A stretch of 64,000 nt of DNA from Octopus vulgaris. Its lineage: Eukaryota. The DNA lies in contig OX597831.1 of the NCBI GenBank assembly GCA_951406725.2, positions 57,164,001-57,228,000 of the forward strand. Direction: 5' to 3'. Made by a program: the position numbers and the translations under genes. Below, piece after piece: positions 42,467-55,262 of this stretch (position 1 is the stretch's first letter; each line of letters opens with the position of its first letter). A model generated the notes under the pieces. The model saw only the letters and a list, made by a program, of their open reading frames with translations, had not been told where the DNA came from and made no database searches.

Positions 42467-42499
42467 GTATGTATGTATTTATGTATGTATGTATGTATA

Positions 42500-42710
42500 T
42501 ATGTATCTGTGTGTGCGTGTCTTTGTGTCTGTGTTTGTCCCCCACCACCACTCGACAACCGGTGTTTATATCCCCTGTAACCGGCATAAGAGACCGATGT
42601 AATAAGGGCTGGGCTTAAGAAAATAAGCCTTAGGGTCTATTTGTTCGAGTAAAGCCTTTCAAGGCGATGCCCCACCATGGCCGCAGTCAAATGACTGAAA
42701 CAAGATGAGA
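42500..42710 (+). mobile_element. SINE family B 3' part
   Basis: gtttgtccccc..gacaaccggt..ggccgcagtcaaatgactgaaacaag. Confidence 0.8.
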
Positions 42711-43128
42711 GGTATATACATATATGCGTTTACAGGATTCTTGTAGCAGCCGGCCTGCCGCCCGATTGTATAGACTTTCCTCTCAATTCAATCGACTTTA
42801 TTGATACCTTCAAAATGTATACCTCTAAATGTCCAAAGTATTGAATCAATATATATATTATTGATACTTTCCCAGCTAATCACATTACTATTTACAATAT
42901 GCCAACACCTTTCATTGTGAGAATGTTCAGAATACCTACAGTCAGGTTGCCTGATAGACCCATCCCCTAGTTCAAGTATCGTTTCCGCTAATAAATCCAG
43001 TTCTTCAAGATGGCAAATTAGCAGAATCGTTAGAATGGTCGGACGAAATGCCTTGCGGTATACTGTCTTCGGTTTCTTAAGCTCTGAGTTAAAATTGTGC
43101 CAAGATCAACTTTTATCCCTCCAGATCG

Positions 43129-43164
<36 letters not shown>

Positions 43165-43516
43165 ATTAGGACTTGTATAAACAAGCTATAACAGAAACTG
43201 AAGTCAATCGTACCCAGGTTCAACAAAAACAAATCTTATTCATAATTTCCATTGATTTAAGAGTGCAATAGTGTTGGAATGTTTTACTGCATTGGTGGGT
43301 GCGGAAACAAGAAATCATAAATGATAAATAATTAAATAAAAATTTTAGAAAGACAATGATATTGACAAGAAGTAGGAAATGTTTTTCAGTACTGTAAAAG
43401 AAATCAAAGAGAGACTGGGTTGCTGTTGCTGTTGCCGGCACTCCAGATGTGACCATCGCATCTTAATTTCAGAAGTAGTAATTAATGACATTTTCTAATT
43501 ATCATGCTTTGTTTAA

Positions 43517-43734
43517 CCCTTTGGTATTTAAACCGGCCATATCCAGCCTAAGTATCTGACCTGTTTCGTTTTCTAGCTGGCCAGATCTGGCCTCTCACAC
43601 TTCACTTACAATGCCATTCTAAAAATAAACAATCACATCATTTAAATCTCAAAGCTATAAGATAACAGGATTAGTTCAAAACAATGAGAAATAATAAGCA
43701 TTGCATTTGACAGAATAACTCGAATGATAAAGGG
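43517..43734. mobile_element. piggyBac-type MITE
   Basis: TTAA on both sides (43513-16 and 43735-38) with TIRs ccctttggtatt / aatgataaaggg. Confidence 0.75.
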
Positions 43735-44059
43735 TTAAGATAGCAGGGCTTGATTTGAGAGAAGTCTAGTTAGCTGCTGCTTCTAGAAGATCAAGCTGCC
43801 ACTTAGAGGCCACTCCCCCTGAGTTGTTAAGTACTGATGTCTACAAGATGAATCCTGGATATCAACTTTGTGTTGGTATTCAACTGATCAAAGAAAGCTG
43901 GTATGAAATATTTGAATTAATCAGAAAGCAGAAATGTGACAATATACTGCGATTCGATTGCTGAAATATGGCTCAGAAGAGATAACTAAACTTGGTTTGA
44001 GTTTTATTTGCAAATTCCAGAACCTGCAGAGACTATAATATAGATTGGCGTGTTATACT

Positions 44060-44495
44060 TCTTTTATACTTTTACTTATGTCCACCATGGGACTGCGGTT
44101 ATGATGAGGCATTTGCTTGTAAAGTTTAGCAGAGCAAAACGTCCCCGATACTTATTTTTAAAAAAATTAGTAATTATTCTATTGGTTTCCTTTTGTTAAA
44201 CTTACATGGACGTGAAATAAACCAACACATCAAACAGTGAAAGACAATAAACACAAAAACTTTTACACACATGCACAGTCTCTCTCTCCCCCTCTCCCTC
44301 CTCTATATCTCTCTATCTCTCTCTCTCACACACACACACATATGTATGTATGTATATACGATGGGCTTTTATCTATTCCCAAGGTATTGGTTGCTCAGAG
44401 CTTTAGCAGAAAACATTTGCCCAAGATTCTGTGTTGTGGTTCTGAAGCGAGAACCAGGTGGCTGCGGAGCGTACGTCTTAACCACAAAGCCATGT
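44060..44495 (-). mobile_element. SINE family B, old
   Basis: Diverged but collinear. Confidence 0.65.
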
Positions 44496-45473
44496 CTGTA
44501 CATGTACAAAATAATTGAATACCTGTATAATGGTAGGAATGTAATCAGAAATATTCTAGTAGAATCCAAAAATAGCTAACGTAATTACTTCAGTCATTTT
44601 ATCATAAAAACTGACTGAACCTATTGCTATTAACTAGTATGCATTAGTATAAATTGAACGTATGGTATTAAGTTATTTCAACTACATTTTAAACTAGTCA
44701 CGACTTGTAGATATAAGATGATTACTAACTGCTTCGTGTACTCTGCCACTATCTCGCTCATTACAAACCAGCGATTATGCAGTAGTCAATACACTTATGC
44801 AAGACTACAATAGGTAAGGATACCAAGAAGTTCACAATCGAATTGGTAATCTTATAGAGGTCTGCGCTATTCCCGTTACGTTTTTTTTTTTTATTGCGAT
44901 TGATTTTCTGATAAAAGAACAAGAAAAACAATGAAAACTTTTGTGAAATGAGTGAGGATATCTGAATAATGAACGAATGCTTTTACTGATGACGTACATA
45001 TCTTTAAGTATCACAAGAGAAAAATGCATTATATAACAACTAAACTGTTATCTGAAGATAATAAAATAGGGCTGAATAGAATTACACAGAAAATAAAGGT
45101 CATGCAGAAGGAGAGTCATGTCAATATTAGAGTTGGTAATATAAACATTATTTGTGAACGATTTTATGTATGTGGGAAAGAAGTTAGTAGTAATTTTGGC
45201 ATTAGGCAAAAACCAACCACAGACTGGTTTGTGCACGTTGTTTAACGCAGAGCAAAGAGATGTTTAGTTTCTGAACACGAAGCATTAATTTTATTCAGCC
45301 CTCGTTCTCATAGTCTTGTTCTGTATCTATAAGAGTTCAATATGTTCCATACAATGTGCATCAGAGAAGATTCTGGCAATAAACAGTAAAAATAATGGAA
45401 CACTCATGCAAATAGTATTTTTTTTTTCTATCTTTTTTCTTCTTAAACCTTTCAGTAATTAACTTATAAATAT

Positions 45474-45680
45474 TGTTTCTAATTTAGGCACAAGGTCAGC
45501 AATTTTGAGAGAACGAGGTTAATCGATGCCACTGACCCCGGTACTTGATTGGTACTTTATTCCATCGACTCCAATAGGACTGAAGGCAAAATCGATAGCT
45601 TTGAACTTAGACCGTAAAGAGCCGGAAATAATACCGCAAATCATTTTCTCCGAAGTTCAAAAAATTTCTGTAGCGCACCG
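45474..45680 (-). mobile_element. SINE family A, old
   Basis: ggcacaaggtcagcaatttt...ttggtactttat...gaaggcaaa...ttgaactt. Confidence 0.7.
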
Positions 45681-46826
45681 GTGAATACTTCGAGAAAATA
45701 AGATCAATATTTAAGTGAAGTCAGTTTATTTCATTTACGCCCCTTAGGAAAAGAAAGAACGTCACAGCTTCCCCTCACAGGATAAATTTTTAAATAACTA
45801 TTTTCTCGATAGAAATAAGCGTCTTTGTTTCGACTCTTATTTGAAACCATTTCATTCAGTTACGTTTATAATGCACTTGAGAAATGCATGAATGTCACAT
45901 TTACTTTATTTTTTAAATCAGTAGCATTGTTTTCATAAAAAAAAAATCTAATATATGTGCATAAATTTGTATTGTCTAAACATGAGTATGCGAGCGTGAT
46001 ATGTGTGTCTGTGCTTCTCGACACGTGAGACGCATGTGTACATACATGCGTATGCATATGTTACTAGGAGACACAATAATTATGTCGTTTAGTCGTTTAC
46101 AGAATCGAAAGATATAAAATTTCTAAGATCTCTCTAAATATTTAGATGCTTATTAAGAAAGAAATGAAGAAATGATAATAGTTAAAAGTACATACAAGTA
46201 CAAAAACTGAAACACCAACGGCAACAGACGAATAAATTAGTCTTAAGATACCGTATTCTACATCGATGATGAAACGGTTACCATCGCTACGCCCTTGTAA
46301 TATGAAATAAAAAAAAAAATTGCTGATTCAAACTGACAGCTTTGTGATAAATGTAAAGCAAAAGGAAATATCTTAAAAAAAAAAAGAAAAAAAGAAAAGA
46401 AAAAACATATACAAAACATTGCAATTGATGAGAAAATCGAAATAAAGAAAAGTGGACGGAAAAATTTATTCAATAAAAGAAAATAAGACATACGGAAGGA
46501 CTTCAACAAAATTCTTTTTTTTTCCCCTCTTATGCTTCACATAATTTTATGGCTTTTAAATTACTTGTCAATTTAGTAATTTCAAAGAAAAGATCCTGGT
46601 TGTTACTGATGTAAAGAAAGAAACAGATCCGCCTTTTTGCTTAGACATTTTCGTCCCATATGTTTCTAGATGTGACAGTTTCATGGCATATGTTTGTCAG
46701 CGTTCGCACAATTTAGCGAAAGCTTTGTTTTCTATAAATCATTTTCTTAAACTTTCTTGATTACATTAACAACGAATATGCGTGCTTTTAATTTTCTTGC
46801 TGAATATTGGGGATAAGGACATAATC

Positions 46827-47214
46827 TTCATTCATTTGCACTCCGTCGGTTACGACGACGAGGGTTCCGGTTGATCCGAATCAACGGAACAGCCTGCTCG
46901 TGAAATTAACGTGTAAGTGGCTGAGCACTCCACAGACACGTGTACCTTTAACGTAGTTCTCGAGGATATTCAGCGTGACACAGAGAGTGACAAGGCCGGC
47001 CCTTTGAAATACAGGTACAACAGAAACAGGAAGTAAGAGTGAGAGAAAGTTGTGGTGAAAGAGTACAGCAGGGATCACCACCATCCCTGCCGGAGCCTCG
47101 TGGAGCTTTAGGTGTTTTCGCTCAATAAACACTCACAACGCCCGGTCTGGGAATCGAAACCGCGATCCTATGACAGCGAGTCCGCTGCCCTAACCACTGG
47201 GCCATTGCGCCTCC
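46827..47214 (-). mobile_element. SINE family C, full-length and young
   Basis: Exact 12 bp TSD aaggacataatc (46815-26 / 47215-26); nearly identical to 16457. Confidence 0.95.
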
Positions 47215-47634
47215 AAGGACATAATCATGTCCTTCACAGATCGGTGATTTTAGTGCCGCTAACGTTCCGCTTGATATGTTGCAAGTCATCACATGCACGA
47301 AAAACACGAGCAGGAAAGGAGTTCTAGCGTGCAGACACTCGGGGAAGGAACAATTAACGTTAGGCGGAAAAGTAAAGTCGACCTGGACGGGCCTTGAACT
47401 CATAACTAGGATATATCAAAATAGTTTTTCCAACGTTCTAACGACCTCTGTCAGCTCATCGGGAAATGTCTTGGGAAAAGAAAACATGGGGTAAATTAAG
47501 GTAAGGTGTACAACTTACTCCTTATCAAATATATATAATTTGGGGTGAATTATTTTCTTTGAGCTAACAGTAAAAATATGTAATTAAATTAAGATTAATC
47601 GGGATATGTTTGTGTGTACGTATGTGGGTATGCA

Positions 47635-47680
<46 letters not shown>

Positions 47681-47722
47681 GTGTGTGTGTGTGCATATAT
47701 ATATATGTGTGTGGTGTGTGTG

Positions 47723-47753
<31 letters not shown>

Positions 47754-47765
47754 GTGGTGTGTGTG

Positions 47766-47797
<32 letters not shown>

Positions 47798-47870
47798 GTG
47801 TGTGTTTATGTATATATGTGTGTGCGTGTGGTGTGTGTCTATGTGTGTGTGTGTGTGTTTGTGTGTGTAA

Positions 47871-48120
47871 AGGCGCATGGCCTAGTGGTTAGACTGTTGC
47901 ATTTAGGATCGCAAGATCATAGTTTCGATTCTCGGGCGGTGCGTTCTGTTCCTGAGTAAAACACTATTTCACGGTGCTCTACAACCACTTTGATACCTGG
48001 CGTGGGGCACATCGTACACCTGTGCAGATAATGTCGATTTTATGGAGGGATCAACCTAATGTACAAGGCAAACATTCGATCAAAATAAACAAATAATTTG
48101 TACAGCAGAAAATTGTAACA
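47871..48120 (+). mobile_element. tRNA-derived SINE with a D-like head and a different body
   Basis: aggcgcatggcctagtggttag...agtttcgattc...gagtaaaacact. Confidence 0.65.
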
Positions 48121-48261
48121 GGAGAGTTCATCACACATACACATATGTATGCATGTATGTATATGTGAGCGTGTGTGTCTCATATCTAGTTAAAGGTTCT
48201 TGGAAAATAAATATATCGCTTTGTTGATAGACTGAAAGTGGAAATATTGTCTGAATATACT

Positions 48262-48650
<389 letters not shown>

Positions 48651-48664
48651 TAGAAGAAAGAAAG

Positions 48665-48728
<64 letters not shown>

Positions 48729-48744
48729 CTCTTGAGCACCACCA

Positions 48745-48937
48745 GCTCAAATATTTTCTCCTATGTCTTCCCTCCTTGGGATCTTTCCTTCTCCTTGTTT
48801 CCGACGAAGAGCTCCGCTCGAAACGTTAAACCCTCCTTCCCTTCTTTCCTGAGCGTCAATAATACTTTAATTGTTCCACGTCCTGCGTTGCTGTGTTTTT
48901 TTCTCTTTTTTTCTGTGTTTTCTTGTTTGGATTAACT
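48745..48937 (+). mobile_element. Short PLE-like element with a hammerhead-like motif (48797-48831)
   Basis: GUUU CCGACGA A GAGC UCC GCUC GAAA CG UU AAAC (U4 to C); ends ttggattaacta into (TA)n. Confidence 0.75.
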
Positions 48938-49416
48938 ATATATATATATATAAGTAGAGTTTCAGGCTGAAGTAAGTAGTAGGGCTATTGAAAAATGAGG
49001 AAAATGTTAGCATATGAATTTTATCGGTAAACAGCTCTATGTTGATCCATTCAGGCAGGTAGCGATAACCTTCATGTTTATAGCAGATAAATATCGAAAT
49101 GATAGCATTTGCTGAATATCTCTGATCTGGCAATTAGATAGTCAGTATATTTATTAAGATTTGCGAGTATGAGGTGTTTTTCAGTTGTAAGTAATTCACA
49201 GGTATTTCTATTAGGTTTACATCTTTCAAAATCTTCCAGTTTATATCGAATGCAACATCCAGGTATAATTAGTTCCAGAAGGTAAAACAATGGACGAAAT
49301 ATTTTTGCATGAATTTACCTTTCCCCATACCGATATCATATTAATGCACAGTGTTTGGCAGGATTGAGGTGATCTTTGCTTCATTAATTATAGTTTCAGC
49401 GTCGCATGACAGATTA

Positions 49417-49471
49417 TGTCCGGGGAGAAGCATAAACGCATATTTAATGCGTTTATGCTTCTCCACGGACA
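49417..49471. repeat. Near-perfect inverted repeat (25 bp arms, 5 nt loop)
   Basis: tgtccggggagaagcataaacgcat-attta-atgcgtttatgcttctccacggaca; one mismatch. Confidence 0.92.
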
Positions 49472-49945
49472 ACTTGCCTACTTTTTGTTAGATTTAATTA
49501 CCCAATTATAACAACCCAAACGGCCTAGAAATTGGACAGAAACAGTGAACAGCTGGTACTTATTTTATCGACTGCAGAATGATCAACGGCGAAACCGACT
49601 CCAGAGTCAGAAATTAAATACTTATAAACCAATTAAGCTCAGACACGATATAATTTTTGCCGAACAGTACTGGGATTGTTCGAACATATATGTCCTCTCT
49701 CTCTCTCTCCCTCTCTCTCTTTCCCTCTCCTACTTTCTGTTTCAATCTTTGTCTCTGTCATTCTTTCCCCCTATATATATGTGAGCGTGTGTGTGTATGT
49801 TCAAACATACACACCTCAAAATCTTATGGCAGCAAATTGCTACATATATAATTGTCAAGAGGATAAGGTGTTATAGTTAGTGATAAAATAATTCTGATAT
49901 TATAACCAGTTAATAACACTTTGTTGATGATGCTCTAACTTCAAA

Positions 49946-50004
<59 letters not shown>

Positions 50005-50005
<1 letters not shown>

Positions 50006-50473
50006 TATAAAAGATGGGCTACAGCAAATATTCTGCTTAATACCACAGATTTGCTTGTCAGTTGTTTGACCTTAACCCGTTGAGCATGTCCCTCAGTGGC
50101 TGACGATATGTGCACCTCTGATCCCAAGCAGAAGTAGTGGGGGAGCATCATAGCCATATGTTGAGAGGGATTCTTTGAGGTTTGAATAATTCACTTCTGG
50201 AAACATGGGTGCTTCGTTCAACATCCTTAAACATCCCTTATTCAGGGACCTTTTGAGCAGGATGGGTTACTCCACCTGAAGAAAATTCTAACTGGGTCCC
50301 ACCTGCAAAGTCATGTGCTGTTTATTTTGATATGGGATCACCATGTCGCGCACATATGGTTGTGATACATGTGCCTAGTGTACCCTTATCAGACGGGTAG
50401 TCATAATGGGTATATTGGGCTTCGTGTATTTTACCCCAGTGTCAATTTGATGGCATGCACTGCTCTCTCACTC
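50005..50473 (+). mobile_element. Non-coding ~470 bp insertion within (AAT)n, probably Dong-mobilised
   Basis: GC-richer block bounded precisely by (AAT)n on both sides, the same context as the Dong copy at 1301; no RT/RLE motifs. Confidence 0.55.
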
Positions 50474-50532
<59 letters not shown>

Positions 50533-50583
50533 TGATGATGATAATAATAATAATAATAATAATAACAACAACAACAACAACAA

Positions 50584-50795
50584 TGGTTTCAAATTTTGGC
50601 ACAAACAATTTTGAAGGAAGGTGGAAGTCGATTTACATCGACCCTAGCACTCAACTGGTACATATTTAAATATTTTATCGATCCCAAAAGAATAAAGGAC
50701 AAAGTCGTCCTCGGAGGAATTTGAACTCAGAACGTTAAGAGTTGGAAGAAATACTGCTAAGTATTTTGTCCGGCGTGCTAAAGGTTCTGCCAATT
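50584..50795 (-). mobile_element. SINE family A
   Basis: Collinear with the family consensus. Confidence 0.8.
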
Positions 50796-50954
50796 TTAAG
50801 GTTTTCCCATGTGAGTGTTGTAGATAGACAGATAGCTGTCTTCGATTTCAATATACGACATAGTTTCGATATCAGGTTCCAGATGAGATTTCCGTCCATA
50901 GTCATTAAGCTGGATCATATGTTTATATACTCTACACTATATGGACCAACGAGG

Positions 50955-51024
<70 letters not shown>

Positions 51025-51065
51025 ATATATAAATATCAACCAAAGCCAAATACCCTCTAAAGAGA

Positions 51066-51127
<62 letters not shown>

Positions 51128-51537
51128 ATATATAAATATCAACCAAAGCCAAATACCCCTCTAATCGTATTCTGCGTATTAAAACAAACGGACAGGTTCG
51201 GTAAGTACCTCGATACCCATTATTTGAAAAGAAAAGCGATGGTCACGATTAGAAGGCATAATTAGATCATAGCTCTGCCTTGATCGATTAGATCTGGTGC
51301 TAAATAGTGACAACAATAGCGACATGAAGGCAAAGCCTTTGTGATGGAGCGGCGACTTGTTATGAGTTACAAAAGCGTTCTCCATAATAACAAAGCTAGT
51401 AGAACAATGGAGAACGAGGAATGAGAGGAAGGAGGACGAGGATGACACACAATGCCGAAATCGAATAATTCCAGACGACGAGAATAAATACTCAATGATA
51501 TCAAGTGAATTGACAACTGTATTGGAAAAGTGTAGTT

Positions 51538-51721
51538 TTCTTCTTCTTCTTCTTCTTCTTCTTCTTCTTCTTCTTCTTCTTCTACTTCTTCTACTTCTTC
51601 TTCTTCTTCTTCTTCCTTCTTCCTTCTTCTTCCTTCTACTTCTACTTCTTCCTTCTACTTCTACTTCTTCTTCTTCTGCTTCTTCCTTCTACTTCTTCTT
51701 CCTTCTACTTCTTCTTCCTTC

Positions 51722-51757
<36 letters not shown>

Positions 51758-51770
51758 TTATTATTATTAC

Positions 51771-51827
<57 letters not shown>

Positions 51828-51848
51828 CATCATCATTATTATTATTAT
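51538..51848. repeat. (CTT)n-(TAT)n compound microsatellite
   Basis: Direct reading. Confidence 0.95.
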
Positions 51849-52690
51849 TTTTACATTCTTGCTTTGTATATAAAGCTTTCCTGAAAGACTATGTGAAATT
51901 ATTTCTAGAGTTTTCCTGTTTTATGTTAACTTAAATATCTCTTTTGTGTGCCATTTCTTTTTCTTTTTTACTCGTTACGAAAAAAAAATTAGCAATTTTA
52001 AACAATGTTATGAAGAAACACACCTTTTTATTCTGAATACTTAGTGAAAGCTGAAATTTTTTTTCCCGAAATGCGCGACTCCAGTACAAAAACAAAAAAA
52101 GAGAGGAATTTCGCAACAAAAAAAGTAATCTTTAAAGAAGGATGCAATAAAAATTGTGTCATTTAAGCTATATGTGCATGAATACGGAATTATGTCATGA
52201 TTTTAGCATTGTGGTGCGATATTCTATAATAATAGAACTTTCATATGTCCGGAAAATTGTTACTCTTGTTGCAACCTCTAGGAATATTGCTAAGTTCCAA
52301 TTTGTATCTACATTTTTCAGTCGATCGAGTACTGTAGAAAACAGGCAAGTTTCCGACGCATCGCTTTGATATATAGATTCAGTTTCTGGTTCCAGTTCAT
52401 TAATTTCGATAATACAACGAATACGCATGGGAAGCATGGACAGCTCACAACCTCCATGGTTTATTTATTTATTTATTTTTTTTATGTCTAAATTCTGTGT
52501 CTCCTGGTGAGTGGAGCGTGAAGCCCAATTACACTTCACCTTTGAAATCTTTTTTATTTCGTTTAGGTCACTGATGGATATTTTTGGTTTTTAATCGACA
52601 GATCGGGCTTAACATCCTCAAGGTATCCCATAAAAAATAGTATAGCTAACTAACTAGTTTAAAGTTTCTTTTTCCATTACTATACTCGTA

Positions 52691-53412
52691 TCAGCCAGAA
52701 GGTAGCACAAGAATCTAGAAATATTGGAGCTATCTTGAAATTAAGTGGAATTACATTTCAAATAATTGTTTCAAATTCTAGCACAACGCCAACAATTTTA
52801 GCGGGATAGGTAAGTCGATTACTACATCTACCCCAGTACTTGATTGGTACTTTATTATAACGACTCCATAAGGCGGCGAGCTGGCAGAAACGTTAGCACG
52901 CCGGGCGAAATGCTTAGCAGTATTTCGTCTGCCGCTACTTTCTGAGTTCAAAATCCGCTGAGGTTGACTTTGCCTTTCATCCTTTCGAGCGCCTTGTGGG
53001 TAATAAAGAAACAGATGTTTCGTCTGCCGCTACGTTCTGAGTTCAAATTCCGCCGAGGTCGACATTGCCTTTCATCCTTTCGGGGTCGATTAAATAAGTA
53101 CCAGTTTCGCACTGGCGTCGATATAATCGACTTAATCCCTTTTGTCTGTCTTTGTTTGTCCTCTCTGTGTTTAGCCCCTGGTGGGTAGTAAAGAAATAGG
53201 TACATAACGACTCCAAAATGAAAAGCAAAGCTGATCTGGGTCGTTTATAATAAAGTACAAGTCAAATAATATGATCGATGTAAAAATCGACTGACCTGTC
53301 GCACTAAAATTGTTGGCGTTGTGTCAAAATTTAAAGCAATTATTTAAAATGTTAATTCATTTCGTTTCAAGATAGCTCCAAGATTTCTACATTCTTATAT
53401 CCTCTGGCTGAT
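52691..53412. repeat. Inverted duplication with ~170 bp arms (52691-52863 / 53241-53412)
   Basis: The arms share atcagccaga, ttggagctatcttgaaa, cacaacgccaacaattttag and gtactttattataa in reverse complement. Confidence 0.88.
52869..53203 (+). mobile_element. SINE family A (head + deleted unit + full unit), young
   Basis: Exact 12 bp TSD ataacgactcca (52857-68 / 53204-15). Confidence 0.92.
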
Positions 53413-53419
53413 GTGTGTG

Positions 53420-54132
53420 TGTGTTCAAATTCAGCCAAAGCCGACTTTGTCTTTCATTCTTTCCGGTTCGATAAAATAAGTAACAGCCGAGCACTGGGTA
53501 GATGTAAGCGACTAGTCTGATCCCACAATTTTAAGTCTTGTGACTAAAGCAGGAGAAATTGTTTTCCCCCTCTCCTAAAATTGTTGCCCTTGGGCCAAAA
53601 TTTGAAATATTGTTATCTAAACTCAGGTCTATCTTGACTTGAACAAAAACTACGATAAATGCATTCCAAGTGTCACCACTCCGTTGCTCGGTGCATCGTT
53701 GTTTATTTTAGAATTGAGAAACGGCGAATTGGGTGAGTCTAGGTATTTTTAGGTATTTTTAGAGCGTCAGATAAAATAACTTGCGATTTTTTTCCGGTTC
53801 TTTGTGATTTGAGTTCGTATCCCTCTGAAGTCATCTTTTACCTTTCCGATAAATAGAATAAACAACAATCCATGGAAGTGTAATAGCAAAATTGTCAGAG
53901 CGTTGGATGAGATATCTCACTAATTTGTTCCAGAGCTTTGCTTTCTGACGGCAATGACACTGTTAAAAACCAGAAATCGAACTTTACGTTCTGAGTTCAA
54001 ATTCCACCGATGTCGACTTTGCCTTTTATGTTTTTGAGATGGATACAATAAGTACCTGTTGAACATTGGGATCGATGTAATAAACTAAACCCCATTTCCT
54101 ATAATTGCTGGCCTTGTGCCAAAATTTGAAAG
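53420..54132 (+). mobile_element. Cluster of degraded SINE family A pieces
   Basis: Repeated gttcaaatt..gacttt..gataa..aagta segments at ~53422, ~53810 and ~53990. Confidence 0.65.
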
Positions 54133-54201
54133 AATTATTATTATTGCTATTGTTATATTCTATATAATTTTCATCATTAAAGTTGGTAAGGTGTTGAGCT
54201 G

Positions 54202-54479
54202 TGGAGGCGCGTGGCTTAGTGGTTAGGGTGTCAGCATAATAATCGTTAGATTGTGGTTTCGATTCCTGGACCGGGCGACGCGTTGTGCTCTTGAGCAAAA
54301 CACTTCATTTCACGTTGCTCCAGTCCACTCAGCTGGCAAAAATGAGTAATGCTGCGATGGACTGGCGTTCCCGTCCAGCTGGGGAACACATACGCCATAG
54401 AAACCGGGAAACCGGGCCCATGAGCCTGGCTAGGCTTTAAAAGGGCACGTTTATTATTTTTTTTTTTTTACATATTTTT
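54202..54479 (+). mobile_element. SINE family D inserted into the 5' head of a family A SINE
   Basis: Exact 13 bp TSD aggtgttgagctg (54189-54201 / 54480-54492). Confidence 0.93.
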
Positions 54480-54480
54480 A

Positions 54481-54705
54481 GGTGTTGAGCTGGCAGAATC
54501 GTTAGCATGCAGGGCAAAATGCTTAGCAGCATTTCGTCCGTTTTTACGTTCTGATTTCAAATCCTGCCAGTGTCAACTTTGCCTTTCATCCTTTTCGGGT
54601 TGATGAAATAAGTGCCAGTTGAGCATTGGAGGGGTTGGGTCGATGTAATCGACTTACTTCGCCCCCTCTCCCCGAAATTGCTGGCCTTATGCCAATGTGA
54701 AACCA
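54481..54705 (+). mobile_element. SINE family A
   Basis: gagctggcagaatcgttagc...gcctttcatcc...gctggccttatgcc. Confidence 0.85.
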
Positions 54706-55262
54706 TTATTAAGGGTGGAGAATCGGAAGAGTCTGTAGAGTGCATTGCAGAATTTCTTTCCTCTCTTTACATTTTCCTTGGACATTCATCAATAACGTGG
54801 ACAGACGAAACATGTATACCTGAGCAACTACCGTTCTCCCACAAAGAACCTTAACTAAGCCTGCGTCTTGGAGTGGAATTTTTCCAGCCGCAGATCCAAA
54901 TTCCATGAAATGTACTAACACTTCAGATATTTAAAACAACAATAGGTAATTTGAATGTGATTTGACTGCTATTTCTAGAAGAAAGAGTTACTGCATAGAG
55001 GTTCTCTTCGCTGTTGCAATCCCCGCTAGTGACCTTATATATCAAAACATTGTCAAAACAATATCGCAACAGTGATGAAGCGATGACCGGTTAGCAGTTA
55101 CGAAGTATTTTCTGTATAATGACAAAGCAAGTAAAAACAACGGAGATCAAAAAATAAGAGGGATGTGGTGGGTGATATGCAAAGCCGAAATCAAATTATT
55201 TCAGACGAGAATGAATCCTGATTAGTATCTTGGTGAAGTTGATAACGGTATTAGAAAACTAT

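Noticed and set aside
46247-46300. DTVFYIDDETVTIATPL*, resembling a PDZ-ligand terminal exon
   Set aside because: It is preceded by an in-frame TAA, and the required acceptor (AAG, no pyrimidine tract) is poor.
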